This document shows positions 1 through 12,424 of a DNA stretch of 62,045 nt, piece after piece (positions within the stretch are counted from its first letter, which is position 1; the number at the start of each line of letters is the position of its first letter). The notes under the pieces were generated by a model. That model made no database searches, had not been told where the DNA came from, and saw only the letters and a program-made list of their open reading frames with translations. The DNA is taken from contig CAJVPI010000067.1 of assembly GCA_910592345.1 (NCBI GenBank), positions 1 through 62,045 on the forward strand. Reading direction: 5' to 3'. The position numbers and the translations under genes were made by a program. Source of the stretch: Paraglomus brasilianum (Eukaryota).

Positions 1-300
1 GAATCTATTAATATTACTATTGACACAGTTTATGATACTAAAGTGTAGTATTTTTGTGACTTCTATTCACGATGAACAATAATCGTATGACTTAGGGTTA
101 ATGATCAGCAAACGATCTGCAGACTGAACAAGCTCTGTAGAGTGACCAGTGTAACCGAGGGTCTTGTAATTTTGTGTGACGCTAGCTATGGATCTGAGGT
201 TTCCAACAAACTATATATGTTGGGGTATATATTCAGTAATAGAGGAGATATAAAGTGATTTTGTCAGTGAATCAAAATTCCATTCAAATTTGAACAGAAA

Positions 301-456
301 ACAGTCTAATACTAAGGGATAAAGAGGTTGTGACTATCGCTGTATAGTAATAGAGGGTTTTCCCATAATTGGTTCTCAAACATTGTGTGCATATAAAGAG
401 GTTTTTATATGATGTGCTTATAGAGGGGGGTGACTATATAAAGAGGGTTGACTGTA
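301..456. mobile_element. Partial pogo/Tigger-like MITE (one terminus)
   Basis: Ends in ...TATATAAAGAGGGTTGACTG|TA; the reverse complement TA|CAGTCAACCCTCT resembles a pogo/Tigger terminus with a TA target. Internal AGAGG(G)TT repeats. No convincing second TIR seen. Confidence 0.45.
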
Positions 457-1150
457 TGTGCATGCTTGTAACGAGCCAATCAAGGTTTTCAAAAAAATCA
501 GGATTCAATCCACATATTAGTGTCTGTATGGAGAACTGTTGCCAATTTCTCGTTGTTCATTCCGCTGGCTTTGTTCAATCTTTCAGCAGTGATTTGGTAC
601 ATTTGGGTAAAGAGTTATCGTGTGGTAGGTCCATCGATGAAAAAATTTATATTGATAAGAGCACATGAAATAGTGTTCCTCGAAATTTTCAATCTGAATC
701 TGAAGATGACGAAAAATCTCTTTGTGGTTTAAGCGAGCGAAATTAAAATTGCTACTATTACTATGAGAGTCGAGGTCAATGTTGTCAGCCCAGAGTTTAG
801 GAACAGAATGGGCTGTGTTCGAGGATTAGAGGAGCAAATCCATGCTCATACTTTTTAATCTAACTGCTTCATCTGCTACTCCCTCAAAGTACATCGAAAA
901 TCTCATATGCTCCGTAGAATGCACCATCAAATGAGTCCAGAACTGACATTGTTTACAACCAATAGCCTAGCCCTGTCTAGGCACTGAAAGCAGGGACTTG
1001 TCTATCTTCTTTGCAGCAGGACTGGTTTTCTTCTTTCCTTTAGAGATTACTTTGTAGAGCTTGTAATGGCCATCTTTACATGTGTGAAGCAGTTTTTTCC
1101 AGTCTCTAGTATGCTTTGGCCACTTGTCATTGACTCTCAAACAGAAATCA

Positions 1151-1414
1151 TGCTATTTGCCCGAGATTGTATATTTGCCCGAGGTTGTCGTTACCATTGG
1201 CTGTTCCATCTTATCCTCCCATGCTGTTGCTATTTGCTATTTGCCCGAGGTTGTCGTTACCATTGGCTGTTCCATCTTATCCTCCCATGTTGCTATTTGC
1301 CCGAGGTTGTCGTTACTATTGTAATTGGCTGTTCCATCTTATCCTCCCATGTTGCTATTTGCCCGAGGTTGTCGTTACCATTGTAATTGACTGTTCCATC
1401 TTATCCTCACATGC
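1151..1414. repeat. Minisatellite, ~55-65-bp unit, 4-5 copies
   Basis: Repeated TGCTATTTGCCCGAGGTTGTCGTTACCATTGGCTGTTCCATCTTATCCTCCCATG; it produces the repetitive ORFs at 1066-1439. Confidence 0.95.
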
Positions 1415-1860
1415 TGACTTGTTGTTCAGTGATAAATAGGTCCATATTTTCTTGGATGATCTGGGGTATTCTTCTTCCATAGTTTGGCATTGTAGTTAGT
1501 GGTGTTATAAACGTATGAATGATAAAAGTCTGTGTATGTTGATTCGATTTGTTGTCAGTGCTTGAAGCGGGTCAAGATAAGGTGATAACGATACTGATGG
1601 ATAATTTATCGTTCCACCAGTTAAAATTGTACCTGTTGTCACACGAGACCGACTTATCATGATCATTATCATTTCAATATTCAAGAGATGCTTTTCTCAA
1701 AGTTGTATCAATTTTAATTTTTGAAGTTTCGCTGTTATCAAAGTGGGCAGTACTTTCTACATCACGCTGGCTTTCGGTTTTAGAAATTTTTCAAGGCAGT
1801 AACGTCTTCTTTCGATGCATATCCCCTATGAATATTAAAGCAAAAAAGGTTATATACAAT

Positions 1861-2374
1861 CAGTGAACCCTGTTAATCCGAATTACCCGTTAACCCGAGC
1901 TATTCTTTAATTACCTCGCTAAACCGAATAATAATAATAAATCCACTCTAAACTGTAAACCGAAGGTTTGTAGAATTCAGCTATATTGAATTTACTCCGA
2001 TAATCCGAATTTTCCGATGTGTGAACCAATAAAATCGCGCATATACCGTATAATCGATAAGCTAAGAACGAAAATGTGCAGGTAAGCGAAAAATTTCTCT
2101 GCGAATTAAAAAATGTCAAAAGGACATTGTGTAAGTCGATTATAGATGCCAAAGTCCAAACAGGTGTCACAAGTTTTTTGCAACCAATTGCTTAATATTA
2201 ATACCTAATAGTTTTACACAATAAAGCTCGTTTGTTTGCTAATAACCAACGCACTTTACACAGTAAAAACCGTTTATTTTGCATGAATGCGCATTTAAAA
2301 ATAAAATTTGTACATTAATACGTGCCGTCAAAATCCCTATATGATCTTTGGTTTATGCATAACGGGGTTCACTG
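1861..2374. mobile_element. MITE with ~15-bp terminal inverted repeats (pogo/Tigger-like CAGTG ends)
   Basis: Left CAGTGAACCCTGTTA (1861); right TAACGGGGTTCACTG (ends 2374, rc CAGTGAACCCCGTTA); 14/15 match; non-coding interior. Confidence 0.7.
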
Positions 2375-3366
2375 TGTATATTGGTAAAGAGTAAAAAGAA
2401 TGTCCATCACAGTCTTGGATGTATGTTGCAATGTTTTTTTTCCAATTGCTTCAACACTTGCTTCAAATTCTGCTGAATTCCCCGGCTGTCGTTTCCGATA
2501 TAATATGCATTTTAATATTAATTCCGACCTCGAGCAATCTGCTCGTTTCCGCGCTACATTTAATTGCGGCAGTCGTTACAAGTTTCCTCGGCTTTCCGCT
2601 GGTTCTTTGAAATGAAGAAATTTCTTTAGTTATATGGCAGCAAGTACAGATTTGTTTTTCTTGTTCCATTGTCGGTGCTACTTTGGTTGTCGTATCGTGT
2701 TCGTCGTTTTCTCCCAATCGCCTTTGTTATCGTACGAGCATTTATCAATATTCTTATACACAATTAAGCTTTAATTATAAAAAAAAAAAAAACCATCGAC
2801 AGATCAACTTCAGCGAGAACAGAATATTAGAATTAAACCGAAAAGTTAAAACCCTATATTTTTATCAGCCAGAGTTAAAGGGATAACGAAATTATAAACC
2901 GTTTATTGCAACAAAAGATTTAGAGCAATACTATTACGTTTCGATTCTTACTATAAATTTACTTTGATTAGATAATTCAAACATTGAATAAAAAGATATG
3001 TTTCTGTGGAGTTTCATGTGCAATGATAATAATGTTTGTTAATAACAAAGATTGAGACAAGAGGTGAAATTTTACTGCTACGACAACGATTTCTTTATTG
3101 TAAGCAACTAATAATAGTAAGCAATAACTTGAAAGTTTATAAACCGATATTTATTGTTCAACGTTATTTCTACCAATACGATCGTATTTTATTCATGAAT
3201 AGCAATCATAATACTGAGGCAGAAAACATGTATCGTGTTAGCGTAATCTCTATTTCATCTGCAGAGGAATTTCCAAATGGGTAGTTTTGTACGTCATACG
3301 CTGACGTATCCTTCTTATATGAAATTCTTTCTGGTCCTCGTGCCGTGCATTATCACAGTCTTGATT

Positions 3367-4848
3367 ATGGTATGTGGCAATGAAAAATGAAAGCCCAGAA
3401 TTGGGAGGAAAAAAAAGTATCAGTTGATATCAACGATTAATAACCGTCGTTGTCATTATCAAACCATGTTACCACCAATCATTGTCATATCATTCGTTTG
3501 CGGTTGCGTAAATCTTGTTTGATTCACTATTTTGCAATTTTTTACAATGGTCCAGTAGTTTCGTAATCAGTACGATAACGACATTTGCACCTGGAGCCCT
3601 CAAGGTCGCATTCATCAGATAGAATATGCTCTAGAAGCAGTAAAACAAGGTTCGGCTGCAGTCGGACTACGGTCAAAGACACATGCGATACTCCTTGTTC
3701 TAAAAGTGAGTTCATTCGGGATGCATGCGTCATCACTCTGTCTATTTTATCGGCTTCGTGTTTGTCATCTTGATTTCTAATTCTGAGTACAGCGAAACAC
3801 TTGAAATTTACGCACGTATCTTTTGTGTTGTAGAGGTCTTCTGGCGATTTGTCTTCGTATCAGAAGAAGATTATCAAGATCGATGATCACATAGGGATTG
3901 CTATTGCTGGATTGACTTCTGATGCGCGTGTATTGAGGTGAGATCAAAGGAATCAGGCTTGGATATAATAACAATAATGACCACGTTACGATTTACAAGT
4001 TGATCTGGTTTTTAATATACTGATCGCATTATTTTCAATATAGTAATTTCATGCGTACTCAGGCAATGCACTCCAAGATGTTATACAACAGGCCACTTCC
4101 CGTTTATAGAATTGTGTCGGCTATTGGAGACAGTATGCATCGGCTTTGGTTTATCACAACTATATTATGACCATTTGATCAAAACTATTTTCTCCCATTT
4201 TGTTCGGCAGAGGCACAAGCGAATACTCAGCATTATGGTGGAAGACCATATGGTGTCGGGCTGTTAATTGTTGGATACGATGTGCGTAACTATTCGGTTT
4301 TAGTCTCGGGTTATCATTTTTTTTAATGTCTTGGCATATTCTGAAACACTTAATGTAACCTCACATAGGAGAAAGGACCACATCTTTATGAATTTGCTCC
4401 GTCCGGAAACTTTTTTGAATACTATGCCATGTCAATTGGAGCACGGTCTCAGTCCGCAAAAACTTATCTTGAGAAACACTATGAATTATTTGCTGATGGT
4501 AATACATTTGATTCTCGAATTGTTCGTCTATTATTTCTAATGGGATTACGAGTGATTCCATGTCTGTCACACATTTCGTTTACTGACACCATAATCACTC
4601 GCCGTCTTTTTTTCTTTCATCATATAGCCACTTTAGATGAACTTGTACGCCACGGCCTACATGCTCTACGTGATACCCTTCAGCAAGACAAAGAAATCGA
4701 TACGCAAAACTGCACAGTCGGCGTAGTTGGAGAAGACCAGAAGTTTGAGACTATCGAAGGAGACAGATTACAACGATATCTTGATTTGTTGGATGGTGGA
4801 GATACAGGACAGGGCGGCGAGACTGTTGAATCGATGGACACCGAGTAA
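3367..4848 (+). CDS. PRE5: 20S proteasome subunit alpha type-6 (PSMA1 orthologue), ~7 exons
   Basis: ATG|GTATGT at 3367, then exon from 3559 [39 protein letters not shown]; later [49 protein letters not shown]; acidic end ESMDTE* at 4848. Confidence 0.95.
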
Positions 4849-6085
4849 ATAAAGCATTAATCTTAAAGATAACCATATGGCCCGGCGGAATGTCAGAGTA
4901 TATACTACCGTGCACCTGAATCAGAAGCGTCCGATAGCTTATTATTTATACTACTTTCAAACGTGAAACAGTCGATTAAACACTGGCAATCATTACTACG
5001 GTTGGATCTATGGAAGCAACCAGTCCCAAATATTTTGCTTGCTGATAACGAACCACTAGGAAATTATTTCTATTCTTGCCATCTCTTTGTGACCCATTTT
5101 TCGGACCCGCGTTCACAGTTAAAACATGAACTCTCCAATTCGTAGTCGAAAAAGTCCGCGTGCATGTTCCCGTTTAAATGCCCGAATGAGTCGTGCCAAT
5201 CATGACACACTAATACGTTGAAATGTATTAGATAGTGGTTGATAGTGAGCTAGTTCTCTTCATTGACACTCAGAAATTACTGTTGAGTTGAGTTTTCATG
5301 TGTACAGAACGTGCGCAGGAACAAGCGCATTGGCAAGGTCGATAAAAAGCGCAAAGAATTAGAAAATGCGCATGTGGTCAGATAGGAGGTGATTCGTTCA
5401 CATATTCTCTTTACAGACAGCAGTTTGTCTTTACTGTTAAAATCTTCAGTTTTGACAAAAGTTATTTGATCTGCGAAATTATAGACGTTTCACTTAAGAA
5501 CGTATTGTCATCGGTCATGATAATTAACAAAGCAAGTCCGTGACAACGATATCTGTAATATCTTTACGAACACCCCCACCCAACACACAAACACACAAAC
5601 ACGCATCCGAGATCCTCCATACATTCGTTCAATTGTAGATGCGTCCATCTTCTGCAAGTGTTGTCGTAGACAGTAGCGCCAACTATGTCTACGCAATGTA
5701 TGATATACAGCAAGGTTTTATTATAGACTGAAAGTGTAATTAGAGCTCTTTTATCATAAAAATATGCACCACAAAACCCGCTAGATGTCTTTTTTAACAT
5801 TGACCAACCATTATTTTTCTCTCTACTATAGCATTATGCGCAGTCACTACAAAAAATTTCTTAATGATGGAGGTCTTCTTTACCCCATTATGAAAGCCAC
5901 AAACTTGGCTTGATGAATTAGCGCCGTCGAAAAACTTATGTGATTTCAGACTTCTCTCCGTCAGACAACTTTTTGATTATATTGTACACGCAAGTGATGT
6001 TACAGTACTTTCTGTACATTTGCATGGATACCACTTGGGTATAAGATTGTCCTGTACAAGATATACATACGTGACTGAGGATATT

Positions 6086-7495
6086 TCATCGTTGTGCTGC
6101 AGCGCCCCTTGCTTCTTCTAATGCCTCAAAGAGCTTGGTAAGTATTTTGTTAACGTCACTATTGACTTTAGCATGTTCCTTCGTTAATATTTCTAGTACA
6201 TTTTTTAAATCTTCTATAGTGTCATGCTGTTGCTTATCTTTGCGTAAGAGGTTAATGTCGTCCTTCATTTGGTGATAAACTAGCGCGCGATCGCGATGCC
6301 TTTTTATGTCATTCCCAAATGACTGGTATACGTAAGAGAAAGGTCTGATTATAGCAAGACTCATAGTAGCCACCAGCATCTTGGCAAATAACGCATTTGT
6401 CTCGTCATAGTTAAACGAAACTATGAAAATACCTGAGTAAAATATATAGCCATGTACCATTCTTGAAATCACTGCAAGCAACTTCACGATGGAAATCTCT
6501 TTACTATTACTTGGAATGGTTTCGTTTGCGTGTCCTCTACGATACCACCACCATACGCCAAGCCATAGACAGGAGACCAGCTGAAAGATGCAAAGCCCTG
6601 CTGTTGAATGTAGACCAATAGATGGACCCTGAATAATATGATAAAGCTCGAACAGCATTCCGATTGGAAGGAAAAGAGTACCGTATCCAAGAAACAAGAA
6701 CACTCTGATTGGAATGCTATCCTCATCGTCCGCATCGTCCTCATCGTCCTCACCGTCCTTATCGCCATCCTTGTCGCCTTTCAATTTACATACTTTCACA
6801 GCGAAAAATGCAGTTATATAAATTGCTAAATATGGGATGCCAAATAATTTTGTCCAATGCCAACATGAGTACCGAATCAGATGAACGAGCGTAAACACGC
6901 TAGCCGAAACGTAAAAGAGAAAGTCGTCAACAGAAGCGACATAACGATTCTTGTGTCGGTAAAAGATCTCAAGAAATACCGTCATGATCGTTACGTACAT
7001 CAGAGAAACGCTGTCATAATAGTCATTAGTAGTAGCCAGTTCGTCTTTATTTGGAGGCGGAGCTGCATACGTTCCTTCAGCAAAGAACAAGCTGTAGAAT
7101 AATATTCGAGTAGACGCCTTTGAAAATATTTTGAAACTAAGTGACTGAGTGTTTGAGAATGTTTGCTTGAAAGAGCCATAAACGAGACGAATAGTTGTAT
7201 AGCACAAGCAGGTGAACAACCAGTTCCAACAAAGAGCAAACATGGTACCAAAGTTGTGATTAAGAAACTTGAACTTGGTAGTATCGAGTATCAGCATCAA
7301 AACCAGAGTTGCTCCCGTTATTAATTTCCAGATATGTGGACGAAACGTGAATAATTCCGTGTACATAAAGGTAAATAAAGTTGTTCTTGAATTGCGATTT
7401 GTATTAGAACAAAAAAGTTGTTCTTGAATTGCGATTTGTGGTAGAATAAAAAGTTGTTCTTGAATTGCGATTTGTAATATAGTAGTACGTATCAC
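6086..7495 (-). CDS. Uncharacterised intronless multi-pass membrane protein with central acidic loop and C-terminal coiled coil
   Basis: 469-codon open frame with many hydrophobic segments, a DGEDDEDDADDEDS loop and a heptad-like tail. True start probably downstream of the 36-bp repeats (e.g. MYTELF...). Confidence 0.7.
   Translation of the reverse strand: MIRTTILQIAIQEQLFILPQIAIQEQLFCSNTNRNSRTTLFTFMYTELFTFRPHIWKLITGATLVLMLILDTTKFKFLNHNFGTMFALCWNWLFTCLCYTTIRLVYGSFKQTFSNTQSLSFKIFSKASTRILFYSLFFAEGTYAAPPPNKDELATTNDYYDSVSLMYVTIMTVFLEIFYRHKNRYVASVDDFLFYVSASVFTLVHLIRYSCWHWTKLFGIPYLAIYITAFFAVKVCKLKGDKDGDKDGEDDEDDADDEDSIPIRVFLFLGYGTLFLPIGMLFELYHIIQGPSIGLHSTAGLCIFQLVSCLWLGVWWWYRRGHANETIPSNSKEISIVKLLAVISRMVHGYIFYSGIFIVSFNYDETNALFAKMLVATMSLAIIRPFSYVYQSFGNDIKRHRDRALVYHQMKDDINLLRKDKQQHDTIEDLKNVLEILTKEHAKVNSDVNKILTKLFEALEEARGAAAQR
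7375..7477. repeat. 36-37-bp tandem repeat, 3 copies
   Basis: AAAGTTGTTCTTGAATTGCGATTTGT at about 7377, 7414 and 7450. Confidence 0.9.
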
Positions 7496-7699
7496 AAATT
7501 AAGAACAATATGTAATACAGGGAAGCATAACAATGAACAGCTTAAATTGAGCTTTAGCGAGCACCTCGTTGTGAGTAAAAAGTTCCTCGCGATCGTATAG
7601 TAATGAGATTACTAATTGAGCGATTAAGTGATAGTTCGACAACATTTATAATTTCGTATTGTTTTCAAAATTTGTCCTTGACGAGTGTCTGTGTATGGT

Positions 7700-8480
7700 A
7701 TGTAACTTATGCTCTTTTATCATAAAACATATACAATTAACTTTTTCCCATCTACACCACCACATTATGAAAGTTTGCGCAACTTGGCTTTGGTCAATCG
7801 ATCTATCCGGGAATTTATCCGACATGTCAAATAGAAAGTTTTCGTGTTGTGTAACGGGATCATTGTGTGACTGATAGTCTTCGTACTACTACTACGTTAT
7901 TTTTTATGTCGTCTCCAAATGTAAGAGAAAAGTCGGATTATAGCAAGCCTCATAGTGGCCGCGAATAACGAATGTGTATCGACACAACTATACGAGGAAA
8001 TACCAAAATAAATAAGTAACCATGCATTGCAAACGACTTCCTGTATAGAATCTCTTTGATAGCATAGCCATATGCAAAGCGACCGGCTGAAAAAGGTAAA
8101 ACTTCACCATTGCTTTTACACCAATATCTGTGTCCTGATGGTTGTTATCATAAAGAGTGCCCAGCATCATGACCGTCATGTGCAACACATCAAGTCTCGT
8201 AAAGAAGAACGCAATTATATAAACCATTAAATATGCGGTAAAAAACTTACGTTAGCTGGTGGAGCTGCATACGTTCCTTCAGCAAAGAGCAAGGTGTAGA
8301 GTATCTTTGAAAATAGCGTTTGCTTGAAAAAGTCATAAATGAAATGATTGATTGTATAAGAGGAGAACAACCAGTTCCGACAAAGAGCCAAAATTGCGAC
8401 CAAGAAACTTGAACTTGGTAATGGTGAATATCAGCACTAATAACAAAGAATTAATACACAGCAATGTCCGGTTTAATAAA
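7700..8480 (-). pseudogene. Deleted tandem paralogue of the 6086-7495 membrane gene, including 3' flank
   Basis: Shared blocks: GGAGCTGCATACGTTCCTTCAGCAAAGA (~7060 vs ~8260), AAGAAACTTGAACTTGGTA (~7262 vs ~8402), GATTATAGCAAG.CTCATAGT (~6347 vs ~7936), flank CATTATGAAAG (~5886 vs ~7763). Frame broken. Confidence 0.85.
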
Positions 8481-9389
8481 GCACGTTTGATAATAGTGCC
8501 GGTCTTTATTATTCCAAAACCTGATGTAAGAATAAATAGCCGTCTTTGGCCTTGCAGCTTAGCCTGTTTATACATCAATTATTGTTTAAGAGAATGTATA
8601 ACCCTCTGTCTTGTATTGGCAAGTGAAAAGTGGTATTAAAGTCAACATGCAATAATGAACATAAAGATTCTAATGGTCTTGTAATCGTGTACAATGACTC
8701 CAACATTTTCTGACCATCCATGAAGAAATTATGTGTTGCGACATCCGAGATTTTTCAAATGAAGCGATGATGAGAAAAACCCTCATGTTTAGTTCACAAG
8801 ACATGAATGTGATAGTCCAGTGCTTATTTAAGTATAACCCATATTGTATTTAGGACAGCAAAAAAGATTAAGTATATATACAGTATACAGAATATCTTTA
8901 ACAACAAAAGTTATTGTGCAAGACCGATCGATCTATTTTACAAAAACATTGATATTAATGTAGCTTTAAGATTGATTTCTATTTAATCATGACACAATCT
9001 GTCGTATTTGCATAATAATAGGTATAATATTTTCAGCCAACATCATCAATTGACGATAGTTTCCCACGTGATAATACATGCGACAATTTTATCAAATGGT
9101 AGCTCCTAATAAAAAAAATTTATTTAGATTCTTTGCTTTATATTTCGTTTCCATCATGAGTTATTGTTAATGTTTGTTTTATTGATTTTTATTTTCATTC
9201 TTGGTAAATTTCATAATCGAGTGATGAGCGAACAATATTTGGTAGGTTGGTTCGACATTCCGGTTCTAAGTTATCATGTACTTGTCATTGCTTCCTGCTC
9301 TTTTGAATTCCTTCGGGAGTCCGATTTTACAAAGCTAAAGAAAGACTTATCATTTTTTACCTTCGCTTTCTTCGTTTTCCATGTCTATA

Positions 9390-9545
9390 CTGAAAGAAAT
9401 GAATTTTTGGTCAGAAAAATGCCAGGAAGCATTTGATACGTCAAAACGGAGTTTAATCTCTTCACCCATATCAGTATTAGTATATCCATCAGACAAATGC
9501 AAATTCACGATTACCGCAGACGCATCAGATTACGCGATTGGAACC
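9390..9545 (+). mobile_element. Ty3/Gypsy LTR-retrotransposon pol relic (RT-RNase H junction)
   Basis: WSEKCQEAFDTSKRSLISSP..VLVYP....FTITADASDYAIG matches the W..ECQ.AF..LK..L.S.P.L..P....F.L.TDAS.YAIG signature. Possible PBS-like TGGTAGC at ~9098 (tentative). Confidence 0.8.
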
Positions 9546-9975
9546 GGGCTTTTTATGTGTTCGCTTTCGGTCTGAGTTTTTTATGCGTTCCATATGCTTC
9601 GGCTCCAGCCGCCACGTTTTTGGACGGCCGTTCGCGTTAGCGTTTTTTATACATCCTTTCTTTACATTCGAATCAAAGACAAAAATACCGTCTAAACCCT
9701 CCAAACGCAAAATTAAATAACTGCGTAAATTCTTATCTGCAAGATCAGTATTATATGGTCACATTACTTTACAATAGGCTTGTGTGAAGGAGTCATCACC
9801 CTCAATCATGGAACACATCTGGCGGAACCTCGGAAAAATATTGGGGAGATTCAACCGGCTCGAGATGTTTCCTCCCTTGAAACTCGCTACTCTCATCATT
9901 TTAAAACAATAAAGTTTCGCCCGAACTGGGCTTTGATAAAATGTAAAATTATGCAATTAATAGTGACTAGTAACT

Positions 9976-10500
9976 CTATCTAATGAATATACTAGCATTT
10001 TCCCGAATATAGTATTCTATTGAGCGAGACTGAAAGGTTACAGTATTTTTTTCTGGGTGATACGCGAATACATTGGTTCCCAAGACTTCATTGGCTTGCT
10101 CGGGCTTATTGAAAAAATTCTCAAATGCAGTACGGCTAAGCTCTTTAGAAACCAGCAAAGCACTGACGATACGTTTTCCTACTTCATGATATTCATGGGT
10201 TTCAAGAAGTTTTGCAGTTCTGAATTTGTCCTCGACTGTCACTAAAATTTCGTGTTCAATAACTACAAAAGCAATAAAGATATTCAAATAATGAAATAAC
10301 AATATCTTTTGTTAAAGCAGAACCACGTAATGTAAAATATCAAAACTAATTCTACCTTCAATGGATTGTCCTTGCTGATATTCATCTGCTACAGACTTTA
10401 GATCTATAATGCGTCCACCAACCAAATCATATAATTTCTCTGCGTCTGTAGTATCGATCTTGCCTTCCTTTACAGTCTTGATTCCACGCCTGTTGATCAG
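9976..10500 (-). pseudogene. 3' fragment (two exons) of a P-loop/AAA-associated protein gene, 5' end missing
   Basis: INRRGIKTVKEGKIDTTDAEKLYDLVGGRIIDLKSVADEY (10500-10355), then EVLGTNVFAYHPEKNTVTFQSRSIEYYIRE. Resembles the helical region after an ATPase domain; no Walker A region upstream, where repeats begin instead. Confidence 0.55.
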
Positions 10501-10633
10501 GTAGCGGAAATAATATAATTATATTATTTCCGCTTAGTCCAGGTTATTCCACTCAGGTATGTGTCGTGATCCAATTTTTATGACACAGACTAAGGTGTCA
10601 TGATTCAAATTTTATGACACGGACCTGAGACGT

Positions 10634-10918
10634 TTATAGTCTACATATCGGGTGCTATATAGATTACATTTGTATCGCCGATTGTGAACCGCTGAGACAT
10701 GCGCCACTATGGCGTGCGTTTTACATTTTAGGTCACGGCTCGAGTGACGTGCATTTTGCTTTTTACAACACCAAGATGGGATAGTTATAGTCTACGCATC
10801 AGGTGCTATATAGGTCGCATTTGTATCGCTGATTGAGAACTGCTGAGACATGTGCCAGTATGACGTGTGTTTTGCATTTTAAGACACACTCGAGTGACGT
10901 GCATTTTGCTTTTTACGA
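10634..10918. repeat. Diverged direct duplication, ~151-bp period, 2 copies
   Basis: TTATAGTCTAC...GCTGAGACATG...CTCGAGTGACGTGCATTTTGCTTTTTAC starts at 10634 and at 10785. Confidence 0.9.
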
Positions 10919-11651
10919 CGCGCACCAAGGTGGCATAATGTACACTGGTTTGGTAACTGTGGCCGATTTCCGTCGTTAGGCCACATGGGCAAAAAAATAT
11001 ATCTGACGATGCATCCAATTATATATCGTCACATTGTGAGGGTTAATGCTATCAAACATGTATACGCAATTGCTATCGATATATACATCATAAATGTTAT
11101 CGGGGAATGCTATGAGGCAGAGCCTCGAATCTCTGATTCATCAAATATGCGTTGCGTAATTGCTATCAATTAACGCTATCTAATTGCTATCGCGTATGCT
11201 ATATACACGCTATCTGGTTATGTTATATACACGAATCTGGTTATGCTGTCGAGTCATGATATCGGGTATATGTTATCAAATATGTATACGAAATATATCG
11301 CGCAAACGCTATCGGGCTATGTTCTATATACACTATCTGGTTATGCTATCGAGTACGTTACATAAATACTATCGAAAAGTGTTATCCAGTTATACTACGA
11401 GTATATTGCATATATACTATCTATTGATATATACATCATAAATGTCATCGGGGGGTGTTATCAAATATGCTATCATGTAAATGCTATACCAAAATGTATT
11501 GATATTTTTGTCCTTAGTTGACCCCGATTTTGATTGCCGGAATTTTTTATACCAGTTAGCATTAGAAATATGTTCCGTGAATGTGGGTAGTAAAAAAATG
11601 GTCAATTTCGACTAAAGATATAAAAAGGCGGGTGTATAACTATAAATAAAT

Positions 11652-12222
11652 CTGAAGTTACTTACTCCGAAAGCATATCCAAAAATATGCCATTAAATGG
11701 GTAGGTTTCTCCCATAATTATTATATAATATTACTGAAGTTACCTACCCCGAAAGCGTACCCGAAAACATATCATGAAAACGGGTAGGTTTCTCCCATAT
11801 TTATTATATAATGTTACCGAAGTTACCTACCCTGGAAACATACTCAGAAGCATATCATCGAATGGGTAGGTTTTCTCTCACAATTCTTATAATATATTAC
11901 TGAAGTTACCTACCCGAGAACATATCCAAAACATATCGTTAAATGGGTAGGTTTCTCCCATATTTATTATATAATGTTACTGAAGATACCTACCCCGAAA
12001 ACATATCCAAAAATATATCATCAAAACGGGTAGGCTTCTCCCGTATTTATTATATAATGTTTCTGAAGTTTCCTACCATGATCACATATACTATCAAATA
12101 TATTCGAAAGCATAGCACTGAAATGGGTAGGCATCTTCCATAATTATTATAATATATTACAGAAGTTACCTACCCTGGAACATACCCAAAAATATACCAT
12201 CGAAATGGGTAGGCATCTTCCA
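11652..12222. repeat. Tandem array of 7 units (~80-83 bp, one ~97 bp), each with an internal inverted repeat
   Basis: Units begin near 11652, 11734, 11817, 11900, 11980, 12063, 12160: GAAGTTACCTACCC-(~28 nt)-GGGTAGGTTTCTCCCATA-TTATTATATAAT-TTAC. Confidence 0.95.
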
Positions 12223-12424
12223 TTTTATAACCGGAGTTATATACCAAAAGTATTCACTAATCGAGATCGCGATTCTTTTCATTCATCTTACTAAAACTCG
12301 ATGCATTTTTTTTATATCGTTATGTACCAACTGAAAAAAATAATTTAAACTTTTCCAAACTATATTGTAATAATATAATCGAACAAAGATTGATACATAC
12401 CAATAAAAAAACCAATTACCAAAA

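Larger units (their letters stand above)
480..2717 (-). pseudogene. Decayed multi-stop ORF, possibly a Mutator-like (MULE) transposase relic, interrupted by a MITE and a minisatellite
   Basis: Minus-strand coding-like pieces: MGENDEH...KQICTCCHITKEIS (2717-2463), KTESQRDVEST...KIKIDTTLRKASLEY (~1790-1670), ENMDLFITEQQV (~1450-1415), and a mostly open frame 1140-500 with several stops. Family assignment is by resemblance only. Confidence 0.3.

Noticed and set aside
1066..1439. Three overlapping repetitive ORFs
   Set aside because: By-products of the minisatellite.
11652..12222. CRISPR-like repeat/spacer appearance
   Set aside because: The variable cores are homologous to one another, the inverted arms flank rather than separate them, there are no cas genes, and the context is eukaryotic.
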